Both the position numbers and the translations under genes were made by a program. From Oceanispirochaeta sp. (lineage in GTDB: Bacteria; Spirochaetota; Spirochaetia; DSM-2461): a DNA stretch of 64,000 bases. Under the pieces are notes generated by a model. It searched no databases and was not told the DNA's origin. It saw only the letters and a program-made list of their open reading frames with translations. Within the stretch, counting starts at the first letter, position 1, and every line of letters begins with the position of its first letter. Shown one piece after another: positions 39,975-49,800 of this stretch. The stretch is from contig CAXXOA010000001.1 of the NCBI GenBank assembly GCA_963666275.2, positions 352,001 to 416,000 of the forward strand, in the 5' to 3' direction.

Positions 39975-41698
39975 CCTTTTCCTCCAAATTTCCCGGCGGC
40001 AAATTTTTTCGCGAACCGGGAAAGCTCTTCGTCATTGGACACATAGTGAATCGTCCATCCCTCTTTTCGCAAAATATCCGCCTCCTTTTTATGATACTCC
40101 GGCCGGGAATAGAGGACCAGTGACCCGCCGCCTCCGCAATTCTCCAAAGCCTTCCTGGCTACATCCCAGGTTTTCTCTCCCTCTCCATTCCAACCTCCTC
40201 CCAGCATGGCAAAAATATCATCATCGGTAAGGAGAAGGATATGGGTCTTGCTTTTGCGGAGGCGGGAGAAGTCCGTTCGCAGCCGGGGGATGCCAAAGGC
40301 GTATCCGGTCCCGAGATAGGATACAAGGACATCCATTATTTTACGGGGATCCCGTACAAAGCCCTCCGTTTCCATGAAAGAGCCCGGTTCACCCGAAAGG
40401 GTTACTTTCACACGGGCTCCCCCACGCAGGGCGGATTGGGCGATGATGGTCCCCGCCAATACAGGCCAGCTGAAATTAATGGCCGGATTACCCATAGAAC
40501 CGGAACAGTCTATTCCTATGTAAAGATCCAGGGGGGTGTCGGCCAGGGTATCCCCTTCATCAGGGGCAAAGACACGCTTTACCGTGGTCATCCCGGGAAT
40601 AATTTCGGGGCTTCTTATGAGGGAACCGAACCAGTCTATTTCCCCCGGATTATCTCCCAGGTCCCACGACTCGAGCCCTTCGGGAATGACCCCTTCGGTC
40701 TGGGGAACCTTCTCTTTGGGGAAGGGTATGAGATAGGGGGCGGATATTTGCTTATAGTACCGGGCCAGAGCTTTGTTTATATCCAATCCCGCCGGGTCTA
40801 GCTGCCGTAAATAGTCCAGATAGTCCCGGGGAGATTTGTATCTCTGCCGGGGCCCTTCCCCTCTGGGGGACCTGTCGGGAATCCTATCGGCCGAATTTAT
40901 CCCGTCCCGATCCCTCAGGGGCTCATCGTCAATGTCTTCCGGGGGGGCTTCCAAGTCTGCCCCGACTCCGGAACAGCCTTCGGAAGCTTTCAAGGCATCC
41001 ATTATGAGAGTCCAGGTTTCGGCTTTACCCTCCTCCTCCCACAGATAGGGGTAAAATAGAATTGCATAGGAGTAGGCCCCTTCCAGCCAATCCCCCGAGT
41101 AGGAGCGTATAATATGAGCCCCCATTTCGCTATCCCTTTCCATCTGTTCCCCCCTGTCTTTACTGGGGCGGACTTGGGTCAGCTCCCCGGGCTGGAGGGA
41201 GTAGAGCTTCTCGTAAATGCCCAGATAAAGGTTCCAGACGGGGGAGGAATTAGCTCTTTTATCCCTTTTCTGAATCTTTTTGTAGATATCATCCATGCGA
41301 AGGCCCCGGCGGCTCTGGAGATGGTAGTTTATCAGATGATCGGCAAAGAGATTCATAATTCGGGGGGCATGCTCCTCCTTTTCGGTCAAGGCTTTTCTGA
41401 CCAGGGTGAGCATGCGCCCGTTATCGGTGAGATTGGCCGGCACATAAACGTGGTGGCCAATCTCATGGGCCAGTATCTCCAGGGCATAGTCGTCCAGGCC
41501 GTACTGCTTTATGAGCGAGCCATCCAGGACAATGCGGTGATCCTTGAGCCTGATCATGGCAAAGCTGCCCTCCAGTCCCTGTTCCTTCGCTTCCTCCCGG
41601 GAAAAGCACCAGTGGGGAGGACGCATCATTACCAAGTGGCTCCACTGCCCCAGGGCTTCTTCCCATCGGTCGTCCCACATGCTGCGCATTTCATCCAT
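39971..41698 (-). CDS. HExxH metallopeptidase-like domain fused to vWA domain
   Basis: LAHEIGHH plus NLFADHLIN (DUF2201_N-like); MIDAS IDCSGSMG, GTG and LLTDDD; TGATG coupling at 41698 (ORF open to 41719). Confidence 0.85.
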   Translation of the reverse strand: MDEMRSMWDDRWEEALGQWSHLVMMRPPHWCFSREEAKEQGLEGSFAMIRLKDHRIVLDGSLIKQYGLDDYALEILAHEIGHHVYVPANLTDNGRMLTLVRKALTEKEEHAPRIMNLFADHLINYHLQSRRGLRMDDIYKKIQKRDKRANSSPVWNLYLGIYEKLYSLQPGELTQVRPSKDRGEQMERDSEMGAHIIRSYSGDWLEGAYSYAILFYPYLWEEEGKAETWTLIMDALKASEGCSGVGADLEAPPEDIDDEPLRDRDGINSADRIPDRSPRGEGPRQRYKSPRDYLDYLRQLDPAGLDINKALARYYKQISAPYLIPFPKEKVPQTEGVIPEGLESWDLGDNPGEIDWFGSLIRSPEIIPGMTTVKRVFAPDEGDTLADTPLDLYIGIDCSGSMGNPAINFSWPVLAGTIIAQSALRGGARVKVTLSGEPGSFMETEGFVRDPRKIMDVLVSYLGTGYAFGIPRLRTDFSRLRKSKTHILLLTDDDIFAMLGGGWNGEGEKTWDVARKALENCGGGGSLVLYSRPEYHKKEADILRKEGWTIHYVSNDEELSRFAKKFAAGKFGGKG

Positions 41699-42603
41699 CA
41701 GTGTATCACTTCTACCCACAGGTAATGGCTATCCTCCTTCAAATGGATTTTAAGTTTTCCCTTTTCCTTCCCCCCGGGAAGGCTAAAGATTTTTTCCTCA
41801 TGGAAGGGATAGGGTACAAGCCGGCAGCCGAAGGAGTCGGCAAAGAGCAGAAAAGCCCTCTTCTGATCATGGAGAATGAGCCCGGTGGAACCATGAGTGT
41901 CTGTCCCTTTCAGGTTGCGGCAGTGGGGAGGTAGGAGAAATGGCCCGCCGTATCCGGCAAATCCGCCCAGCCGCCCCCCCGTATAGTCCCCCGGGATAGC
42001 CCAGGGATTCTCCCGGGCCGATTCCAATTGGCTGCGGCTATAGGGAAAAAGGGACGCCAACTGCCTATCCGAAAGCAGCTCACATCCATCCAGAGCTGGT
42101 ATGCGCAATTCGGCCATTCCCAAGGTCCAGGCGGCCAAACGGCCCAGGGCAAAGACCTCTTCCTTTCGTTCGCATACCTTAAGGAGGGCTGCCATTTTAT
42201 CGAGCCAGTCCCGCCGGGTCCGGGCATCGGGGAGAGAACGAATCCCGTTGTCCCAGGACGTAAGAAAGGGGCGTAATTCACCGGAAGTGAGGGCTCCCTT
42301 CCGGTTGATAAAAGGAACCAGGAGCAGCCAGCCTTTAAGATAATCCCCATTAAGCCTCATCTCTCCGCCCCGCACCAGAGAGGAGAGGGTCGTTTCAATT
42401 CCGTGGATCATCAGGTTGAGCAGATGGTCCGATTCTCCGAAGGCAGCATAGAGAGCGGTGAACAGAGGTGTCAGGTGTTTACCCAAATCGGCATCGGCCA
42501 AACGGGGATGGGAGAAAAGCAGCCCGTCCAGAACCGGCTGGATGTTCTCCTCTTCCCGGGCTAGAAAAGAGGCCAGACCCCTTTCTATTTCCACTGGAGC
42601 CAC
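41698..42603 (-). CDS. Hypothetical protein of the MoxR-vWA operon
   Basis: 301-aa ORF overlapping both neighbours; LAAWTLGMAELR, NPW and GGFAGYGGPF motifs. Confidence 0.8.
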   Translation of the reverse strand: MAPVEIERGLASFLAREEENIQPVLDGLLFSHPRLADADLGKHLTPLFTALYAAFGESDHLLNLMIHGIETTLSSLVRGGEMRLNGDYLKGWLLLVPFINRKGALTSGELRPFLTSWDNGIRSLPDARTRRDWLDKMAALLKVCERKEEVFALGRLAAWTLGMAELRIPALDGCELLSDRQLASLFPYSRSQLESARENPWAIPGDYTGGRLGGFAGYGGPFLLPPHCRNLKGTDTHGSTGLILHDQKRAFLLFADSFGCRLVPYPFHEEKIFSLPGGKEKGKLKIHLKEDSHYLWVEVIH

Positions 42604-44162
42604 CTCTTGTAGTTTGTATAGCGCTGGTGGAAGTACTTCAATTTGAGAATATCGTCGGCCATATGCCCGTACAGTTTCCCGCTTCGGCTCATTTCGCTGA
42701 GGATCTGCTCAATCTGGAACATTCTCTTCTCCACCTCCGAGATGGAGAGACCCTCCATCCCTTTCTCAAAGAGTTCCTCCATCCTGGCCACCGGGTCGTA
42801 TTCGTCCAGTTTCAGCCGGGCATACTCCTGGCAGGAGAGGTCGAAGCATTTTCGTATCCAGGTTATCCGGTCAACCCGGTATGGGGCGTTCTCCTCCTTC
42901 TCGAAGAAGGGCGATTCCAAATAGGGAGTAAGGGAGTCGTGCAGAACAAAGGGCAGAATCTGCCGGACATCTTCCAGTTCCACCTCATCCAGCCCTCTGA
43001 AGTAGGCCATGGCCTTGGCATAGAGCAGAAGGGTCATGAGCTTTCTTACGGAGAGGCCGTTTTTGGCCTGGCTTCCCAGATCACGGTTCATATCCTTGCC
43101 GCTTTCGAGTTCCATCAGTGATTGAAAGTCCAGGCCGGAAAGCTTGGCCGTGTCCTTTGTCATATAGTCCAGCTTCGTCGATGCCGGTTCGAAAAACTCA
43201 AACTGCCGGGCGAAAAATTCGATTTTACGGCGGAGCGGGGCGGGAATGGCAACGGCAAGGATCTCCTTATACAGGGTGTCCAGCTCCTCATCGGTAAAGA
43301 TTATCTCCCGGGGAATGTTCTTTTCCGGCTTGTACCCCGTTTCTATTCTCCTTTGGAGATCCTCTACGAAGCGGGTATTGAAGTGGAGAGCCTTTATAAC
43401 CACATCGATTCTGTCTTTGAGCGCCTCAATAACCTGATAGGTTCCGCCCCCGGCGTCATCGTTGGCGGTCAGGTACCAGGCTGCTTCGGGGCATTCGTAG
43501 ATCTGATCCATAATTTCCGCATAGTTATCCGCCAGAACTGTGAGCAGGGCCGATTGGGTTCTGGTGGGGATCCGGTTGTACTCATCAATGATCTTAACCC
43601 TCATTTCCAGCCATTTCCGCCAGGAGATCCGGATTTTGGTGGGATCTTCCGACTTCATGAGATCACCGGGGAAGGGGTGTCCCAGCAGGTCGGCTACAGT
43701 CATTTGGGGCTGACCATGCTGAATGGCTCGTTTCATATCTTTTAAATCGTAACCGGCCAGGAGTCCCATGAGAATGGACGTGGCTGTTTTTCCCCGGCCC
43801 GGACCGCCGACAATCAGACAGCGTTTGCGCACCGCCAGGGTCAAAAGGGGGATCAGGACAAAACTGGAGTAGCACTGGCCGGTGGGAAGATCAACCTGAA
43901 CCTTGGAGTCCCCGAAAAAGTAGGACTGGGGAGCCTTGTCGTTATACTCAATATCGTAGAAAGGGCTGATAATAGCCGTATTGGTAATCCAGAAATAGGC
44001 CTGGCGCAGTTTTTCATCCAGTCCCGGGGAGTCTTCAGATACGGAACTCTCAGGGGTGGGATCAAAGAGGTCCCTGATCCTGAAAGGGGATTTTTTTCCT
44101 CCCTTTTCTCCTGGATTGGTCGGTGCCGCCGGTATATGATAAGATGGGTTTTCCGGTTTCAT
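42585..44162 (-). CDS. MoxR-family AAA+ ATPase
   Basis: Walker A GGPGRGKT, Walker B IIDEYNR, QSALL, TAN, EALKDR and SVR; CAGGAG RBS. Confidence 0.9.
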   Translation of the reverse strand: MKPENPSYHIPAAPTNPGEKGGKKSPFRIRDLFDPTPESSVSEDSPGLDEKLRQAYFWITNTAIISPFYDIEYNDKAPQSYFFGDSKVQVDLPTGQCYSSFVLIPLLTLAVRKRCLIVGGPGRGKTATSILMGLLAGYDLKDMKRAIQHGQPQMTVADLLGHPFPGDLMKSEDPTKIRISWRKWLEMRVKIIDEYNRIPTRTQSALLTVLADNYAEIMDQIYECPEAAWYLTANDDAGGGTYQVIEALKDRIDVVIKALHFNTRFVEDLQRRIETGYKPEKNIPREIIFTDEELDTLYKEILAVAIPAPLRRKIEFFARQFEFFEPASTKLDYMTKDTAKLSGLDFQSLMELESGKDMNRDLGSQAKNGLSVRKLMTLLLYAKAMAYFRGLDEVELEDVRQILPFVLHDSLTPYLESPFFEKEENAPYRVDRITWIRKCFDLSCQEYARLKLDEYDPVARMEELFEKGMEGLSISEVEKRMFQIEQILSEMSRSGKLYGHMADDILKLKYFHQRYTNYKRWLQWK

Positions 44163-44190
44163 GTTTCACTCCTGCCCTCAAATTGGGCAT

Positions 44191-44218
44191 ACTATAAATT
44201 AAATCTGATTATTTTCAA
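44191..44218 (-). promoter_or_regulatory. Candidate sigma70 promoter of the MoxR operon
   Basis: Minus strand TTGAAA-N16-TATAGT in an AT-rich leader. Confidence 0.5.
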
Positions 44219-44335
44219 ATATAGCTCATTAATAGCAGTGGATTTTTCTTCCAGTAGGGAATCGGATACTTGTTTATGTAAAATATTATAGAGGGTCAGA
44301 ATATATTGAGGAAATACCTTCTGCTCAAAGATATT

Positions 44336-44444
44336 GGGTCCAGACCCTTCCCTATAAAATCTTCAGTCAGAGCGATCAGGTTTAACTGCGCTGTTTCATC
44401 CAGGACTTCATGCAAGGCTCTCTCCACGATAAGATGGAGCAGGG
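44336..44444 (-). pseudogene. Relic of an ankyrin gene C-terminus
   Basis: LLHLIVERALHEVLDETAQLNLIALTEDFIGKGLDP aligns with LLHLIVDRAYREVLDEPAQKNMAALANTFIRKGLDP of 31600-32985. Confidence 0.8.
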
Positions 44445-44497
44445 ACAGGGGTGAGGGTAAAAAAAAATTAGCTCTAAAACTTTCCAAATCAATTATG

Positions 44498-44557
44498 TTT
44501 TTATGGGTATAACCATAAAAAGTATTCTATATAACTTGGAAATTATGATTATAACCA
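44498..44557. promoter_or_regulatory. Orphan operator-like repeat pair
   Basis: TTTTTATGG-N6-CCATAAAAA palindrome; TTATGnnTATAACCA occurs at 44501 and 44543. Confidence 0.45.
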
Positions 44558-44761
44558 GAAAAGACACACCCTCATTTCTATTCAGGAGAGCCCAACAGGG
44601 AGGGAATCCTTGGGAATAGAGTAGTCTTGTTAGACGATTTCCGGGGCTTTTCCATCTCAGAAACGAGCCTAATAATGTTCATCATCTGGGAGGATTGATA
44701 TCGTCCGGTTTATTAAATTTTACTGGGAGAACGGGAATTGTGAATCATCTTACAAATAGAA

Positions 44762-45079
44762 CTAGAATCCAGTAACCAAGAGATCAATAGCAGCAGTAAT
44801 TTGCAGTCTGAGATCTTTCAGATTACCGACTTTCGATCCAATCAGAGAAACAGGAACAGCAGCCATTTCAGACAGGAATATGATGAATTTTCTGTTTTGG
44901 ATAATGCAGGGAATATGGATACGGGTCAGCATTTGATCTGAATATTCATCAGCCACTCTTAATGGTGCTACAAGTCGTGTTGCCAGAATATCCATAGCGT
45001 CCGATTGCAGATTAATCAGATAGGGTACTTCTCCGGAACTTTTAGGATTTTTGTTCTTATAGATATCAAACTGAGGCAA
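44762..45079 (-). CDS. ccdB: CcdB family toxin
   Basis: MPQFDIYKN, PYLINLQSD, TRLVAPL and AIDLLVTGF; TTG start abutting the ccdA stop. Confidence 0.88.
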   Translation of the reverse strand: MPQFDIYKNKNPKSSGEVPYLINLQSDAMDILATRLVAPLRVADEYSDQMLTRIHIPCIIQNRKFIIFLSEMAAVPVSLIGSKVGNLKDLRLQITAAIDLLVTGF

Positions 45080-45298
45080 TTAAAAGGTCCTCAAATCATC
45101 ACTGAATACACCAGTAGTATCAATGTGTTTGTTGTAGCTTTTAATACTGTCTTTGTTTTCTGCTACCCAGGATTCTTCAGCAGCCTTTTTTAATTCTTCC
45201 CTGAGAGCTTTTTCCAGAACTGAGGAAATAACAATTTTCTTTTTTCTGGCAGCATCCAGAAGGTCTTTATCAATACTAACGTTGGTTCTGGCTTTCAT
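45080..45298 (-). CDS. ccdA: CcdA family antitoxin
   Basis: KARTNVSIDKDLLDAAR RHH region, WVAENKDSIKSYN and GVFSDDLRTF. Confidence 0.88.
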   Translation of the reverse strand: MKARTNVSIDKDLLDAARKKKIVISSVLEKALREELKKAAEESWVAENKDSIKSYNKHIDTTGVFSDDLRTF

Positions 45299-45304
45299 GT
45301 GCAT

Positions 45305-45327
45305 ATTGTAACACATGGATCATGTGT
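45305..45327 (-). promoter_or_regulatory. ccdAB extended -10 promoter and operator
   Basis: Minus strand TGT-TACAAT ends 6 nt before ATG 45298; ACACATG-GAT-CATGTGT palindrome at 45311-45327. Confidence 0.6.
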
Positions 45328-45375
45328 AATGAAGTGTTTGGTAATAAATAGAAGAATTTTCCTACCTGTATGGAT

Positions 45376-46289
45376 TTAATTATTTTTGTCGATTTCTGCG
45401 TTGATCATAGCTTCAACAGGGCTGTCAGGTTCCGTATACTCCAGGACTGTCTTTCCGTCAGAATCAACAGCCAGGGGATCGGCCCCTGCCTGAAGGAGCA
45501 GTTCAACCACTTCTATATGATCGTTAGCTAACATCAAAGGGGGTTTACCTAAATTACTTCTTAGATCAGGAATGAATCCTTCCTTGAGTATCTGTTTGAC
45601 CCTTTCAAGATCTCCTTCCAACGCAGCTTTATGTAATTCTGACTCACCCCATCTATCGAGGATTATCCTTCTAAATCCCAGAGATTTTAATTCTTCCGCC
45701 AAATCAGGATCTGCATATCTGGCAGGAGGATATCCCTGGTTATCAGTGGCATTGCCGTCGGCGTCAAATTCCAGCAGCAGATCAATTATCTCTCTGCTCA
45801 TGTCGCTTCCGTTCTCATTCAAGGCATAGTGAAGAGCTGTCCATCCGTGGAAATCGCGAATATTCGGATCAACCCCCTTTTCCAGGAACAGTCTCAGATC
45901 CCCGGGCTCTGCTCCCGGGCCGCTTCATGTATGACTGTTTCTCCCTTGTAGTTGGGAAGGGAAAGAGCCGCACCTTCTTTCAGCAGGTACTCGGCTATCT
46001 GAACCGAATCATTTTCTATTGTACTGAAAAAGATGGGACTTCCGGGATCGTTTACTTCCGCTCCGGCATCAATAAGGAGTTTTACTATGGAAAGGTTTTC
46101 AACCCTGCAGGCAAAGTTAAGCAGATTATATTCGTAATCGTTAAGATCTACTCCCTGCTGAAGAAATAGCACAAGAGATTCCTGATTACCTTGACCTATG
46201 GCTCTCTGCAATAGCCATTTCCAGGAGTCAGATGATAACTCCTTTGTTTCCAGGATCTTTTCTATGGTATCGATTTCTCCTTTATCCAT
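45376..46289 (-). pseudogene. Frameshifted, 5'-truncated ankyrin repeat gene
   Basis: ETVIHEAAREQSPGI* continues in another frame as LRLFLEKGVDPNIRDFHGWTALHYAL; frameshift near 45895; no TM anchor or signal peptide. Confidence 0.8.
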
Positions 46290-46350
46290 GGCTCGCGCTA
46301 TCCGGTTGGTAGGATGGCCTTTACTTTGAGTGTTTCTGTCTCCGCATAAA

Positions 46351-46668
46351 TCAATACCAGCCCAGATAAAAGGCTATCTGGTTTTCAGGGGTCATATACT
46401 TGGGGCCGCCCCGTTCCACACTGGCGTAGCCGCCGAAGATCCAGCCGTCGATTTCACTATTAAACCGGATTTTGATCCAGTGATCTTTCCGGCCATCTAT
46501 GACTTCGGTCTCTTCAGTCAGAGCAAGGGGTTCAAAGTTCATCTGAGGAGAGGCTTTTTTCGGGGAGCGGATCTGGTTAATGACAGAAGAGCCTGCATAA
46601 ACAGGGGAGTTGTTCGGTAGAGGAAGGATATAAATTGAAAAGCTTAACAGAAAGACAAGTCGTTTCAT
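46351..46668 (-). pseudogene. Short or degraded SH3-domain secreted protein
   Basis: Signal-like MKRLVFLLSF, then only the second half of an SH3b domain (EVIDGRKDHWIKIRF...GWIFGGY). Confidence 0.5.
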
Positions 46669-46826
46669 GGTATAGTCCCTGGATGAATGAGTGTTGACAG
46701 TACTATCATGAACATGTTCAATTTGAAAACTGTCATTTAATATTGGAGCCGGTAGCATTGCAAAAGAATATCAGTTTTGTCAGGACGATTCCCAGTTTGA
46801 AGAAATTTTATTTCAGGACGGTCCTA

Positions 46827-49800
46827 ATGCATTCACCACGATTTTTCAGAGTTCCTTTTCTTTCATTTTTCCTTTTCACATCTTTCCTGACTTTCCAATC
46901 CTGTTCCAGAGAGTTGGAAACTATAGAACCAGTCTCCCGGAGTGTAGCCTCTCTACCGGAAAACAGTGAAGTCATCTGCGCCGGTACCTGGCGGTCCGAT
47001 GAGGGCGAGGAAACTATTGCCGCACTGCTCAGGGAAAAAGGGACGGAGAAACTTTTCCTTTTCCCCAGCGGCAGGGAGGTCAATATAAGTGACTTTCAGG
47101 AAGCTGTTTTCGGGACTTCTCCGGGAGAGTTCCTCTGTTGGGGATACGGGGAAGACCAGACAATGGTTATTCAGAACTATGAGGGTGTAATAGAATCTAT
47201 TCCTCTGGATTACTACCAGGAAAGGGTTATTCTCTGCTCCAACGGGAAGGATTATGCCTATCTGGACTGGGCAAAAAATAACTTTTTCCTCTATAAAAAC
47301 GGAAAGCGAATTTATTCCAGTACGGTATATCCTCATGTCCTGTTTGACAGAAAGGGGCGCCTCTATTTCAGCTGTCATACAGATCATATTCCCCAGTCGG
47401 GAGAAAAACGGAATTTCAACGATCTGGTGTTGATGAATGAAGACAGGCAGATCCTGGTGCCGGCGGGTATCTACTCTACAGGTCAGGATAATCTGAAAGT
47501 CCGGTTCGACCCTTCCAACCGGCTGTTCATCGAATCTGTATTTACAATTGACTACGAAGAGTCTCTTGTTCTTCTCAGGCGGGCCGACTCCCACTATCCT
47601 GATGAGGTCGATGTCATGGCAGACCGGGAAGCTTACGGAGAATATCTGAAAAAGCACAGCCTCTTCTGTATCGATACGAAAACCGATGGTTCACCTGCCG
47701 AAGAAATCCAGCAGGAGTGTGTTATCTATAAACAGGGAGAAGAGTATGCCCGGGAACAGATTATTACGGAATATGATTTCAGTCCCCGGGGAGACTCCCT
47801 TACCTATGGGGCCTTTAATCTGAAGGAACCCGGTTTCTTTGACAAGTTCAGTAACACCAGCTATCGGGCGGCTGATGGCACCTACGGTCTGGATTACCAT
47901 CTGGACTTCACCATAAAAAGGGACGCGAAGACTCTTTTCCAGGCGGAACTGGTCAAAATCCGCTCTCTGGCCCGCATCCTTGGTTTGCCTGCGGATAGGG
48001 CAATCTTGGAAGCAACGAAGCCGGTTTTTTCCCGGGGCGAACTACAGGAGGACGGTCTTGTCTCCTCTCTCGAATTTGCCGGTGACAGCCGGGTGCTTAT
48101 GAATATCAATATGCCTGTCTCCGACTGGGATGATTACAAAAAAACAGAATTTGTCAGGGTCAGTCATAAATCCTTCTATTTTAAAACAAGTCATCAACTT
48201 TCCTTTAACAATACCCATATAGAGTCCCATTTTCAGATCAACCGGGATCCTATTGAGGGAATCAAGGGCTACCGGCTCCTGGACAGGGAAGAGGAGCTTC
48301 CTCCGGGAACCTTTATTCTCATCGGCCAGGATGAACGGGAGTACCCGATTATAGGGGGAAAAGTCAGCGCAACATCCTTTGATCGTATTCTGGGAGCCTC
48401 TTCCAATGGAAACGGCATGGTGGAGTTTACAGCCCTTGAGGGGAAAGAGCTCCGGTCTCTGACTTTTCATTCTCCCCTGAAAGAGACCCGGGAAGAAAGG
48501 AAAGAAGCTGCTCCCGATATAGAGGGTCTGACGATTAATGAGCGGGCAATGGATGATCAGGGGATTTATCTGGCTACAGATCAGGGAATGTTTATCTCCT
48601 TTGACGGGGGGAAGTCCTGGGAGCAGCATAACAGGAACACCGTTCTTCCTTCCCTGGATCAGGATAATATTTCAACTCTAATACTGAGCTCTGATGAAGG
48701 GTATCTTCTCTCTCAGGGTATCCTGTGGAAAAGGGTATCCAACGGCCGCTGGGAGCCTCTGAGTTTTCCCTTTGAGTCTCATGATATGATCAGTGATGGA
48801 ACGTCCCTCTATCTGAGCAGCCTGGGGGAAAATTTCATAGCCCCCCTTACAAATCCTCAGAATTATGTAACCACCTATTATTACAACAATGAAAAAGCCT
48901 CCCTCTTCGAGGGAGATCCTGTAACGGCGGATCTGGCGGATGCCCGTTTCTACAAAAATACAAAATGGGTCCTGGACAGAAAAAGCCAGGTCTATTATCA
49001 GGATGATAATATCTGGACGGGACTGGGATTTCACAGGAGTGGAGATGAACGGCAGGAGAATATTTTCAGTTTCGCCTTCGGAGAGGACTCCATTTTCCTC
49101 GGTACCTGGAAAGGCTTGTTCCGCTCCCGTAACGGAGGAACTTCCTGGGTGGGATATGATGTTTCCCGGGGGGTAAGCGGGAACTTTATACGGGAAATTG
49201 CTCTTCAGGATAACAGGGTTTTCGCTCTGACCGGAACCACCGTGGTCATTATGGAAGACGGGATACAATATTTCAAATTTGTTGGAGACGACTATGGTTA
49301 CCGCTGGTCTTTCCAGGGGGAAAATGCCGTATCCTATGAGCTGGGCGAAGAGCTTCCGGACTATGAAGTGCATGGAAACCGGGCCTACCGGGAAAAGGAC
49401 AACTACTGCGGTATCTCCTACTCCTACGACGGGGGAACCACCTGGGAGAATATTCATCTGGAAGAGATCGCCGAAAGAAAGGATAACTCCTATTGGGGGG
49501 CCCATATTGTCAGCGATGAAAACTGGCTCTACTTGAGTATCGGATCGGAAATCTATAAGACCGGACTGGATGAGATGAATTGGCAGAGAATGGACAGCCC
49601 CGGTGATGAGTCTGTCCGGGAGATGAAAATCATGGAAGGAAAGCTCTATATAAGAACCGAATCGAAGGACACCAGCCGGTATTTCTTTTTTCAGGACGGC
49701 TGGCAGCCCTTTGAACCGGAGAGTATCAGGAGTTTCCCTTTTATGGACTGCCAGTCAGTTGAGTCTGACGGGGAGTATATCTACGCCTATCCTCAGGAGG

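Noticed and set aside
36385..45327. Prophage or IS-bounded island around the MoxR operon
   Set aside because: No integrase, transposase, phage structural gene, tRNA or clear att repeats were found by eye.
45894..45896. TGA readthrough or selenocysteine in the ankyrin relic
   Set aside because: The ankyrin sequence resumes in a different frame, so this is a frameshift.
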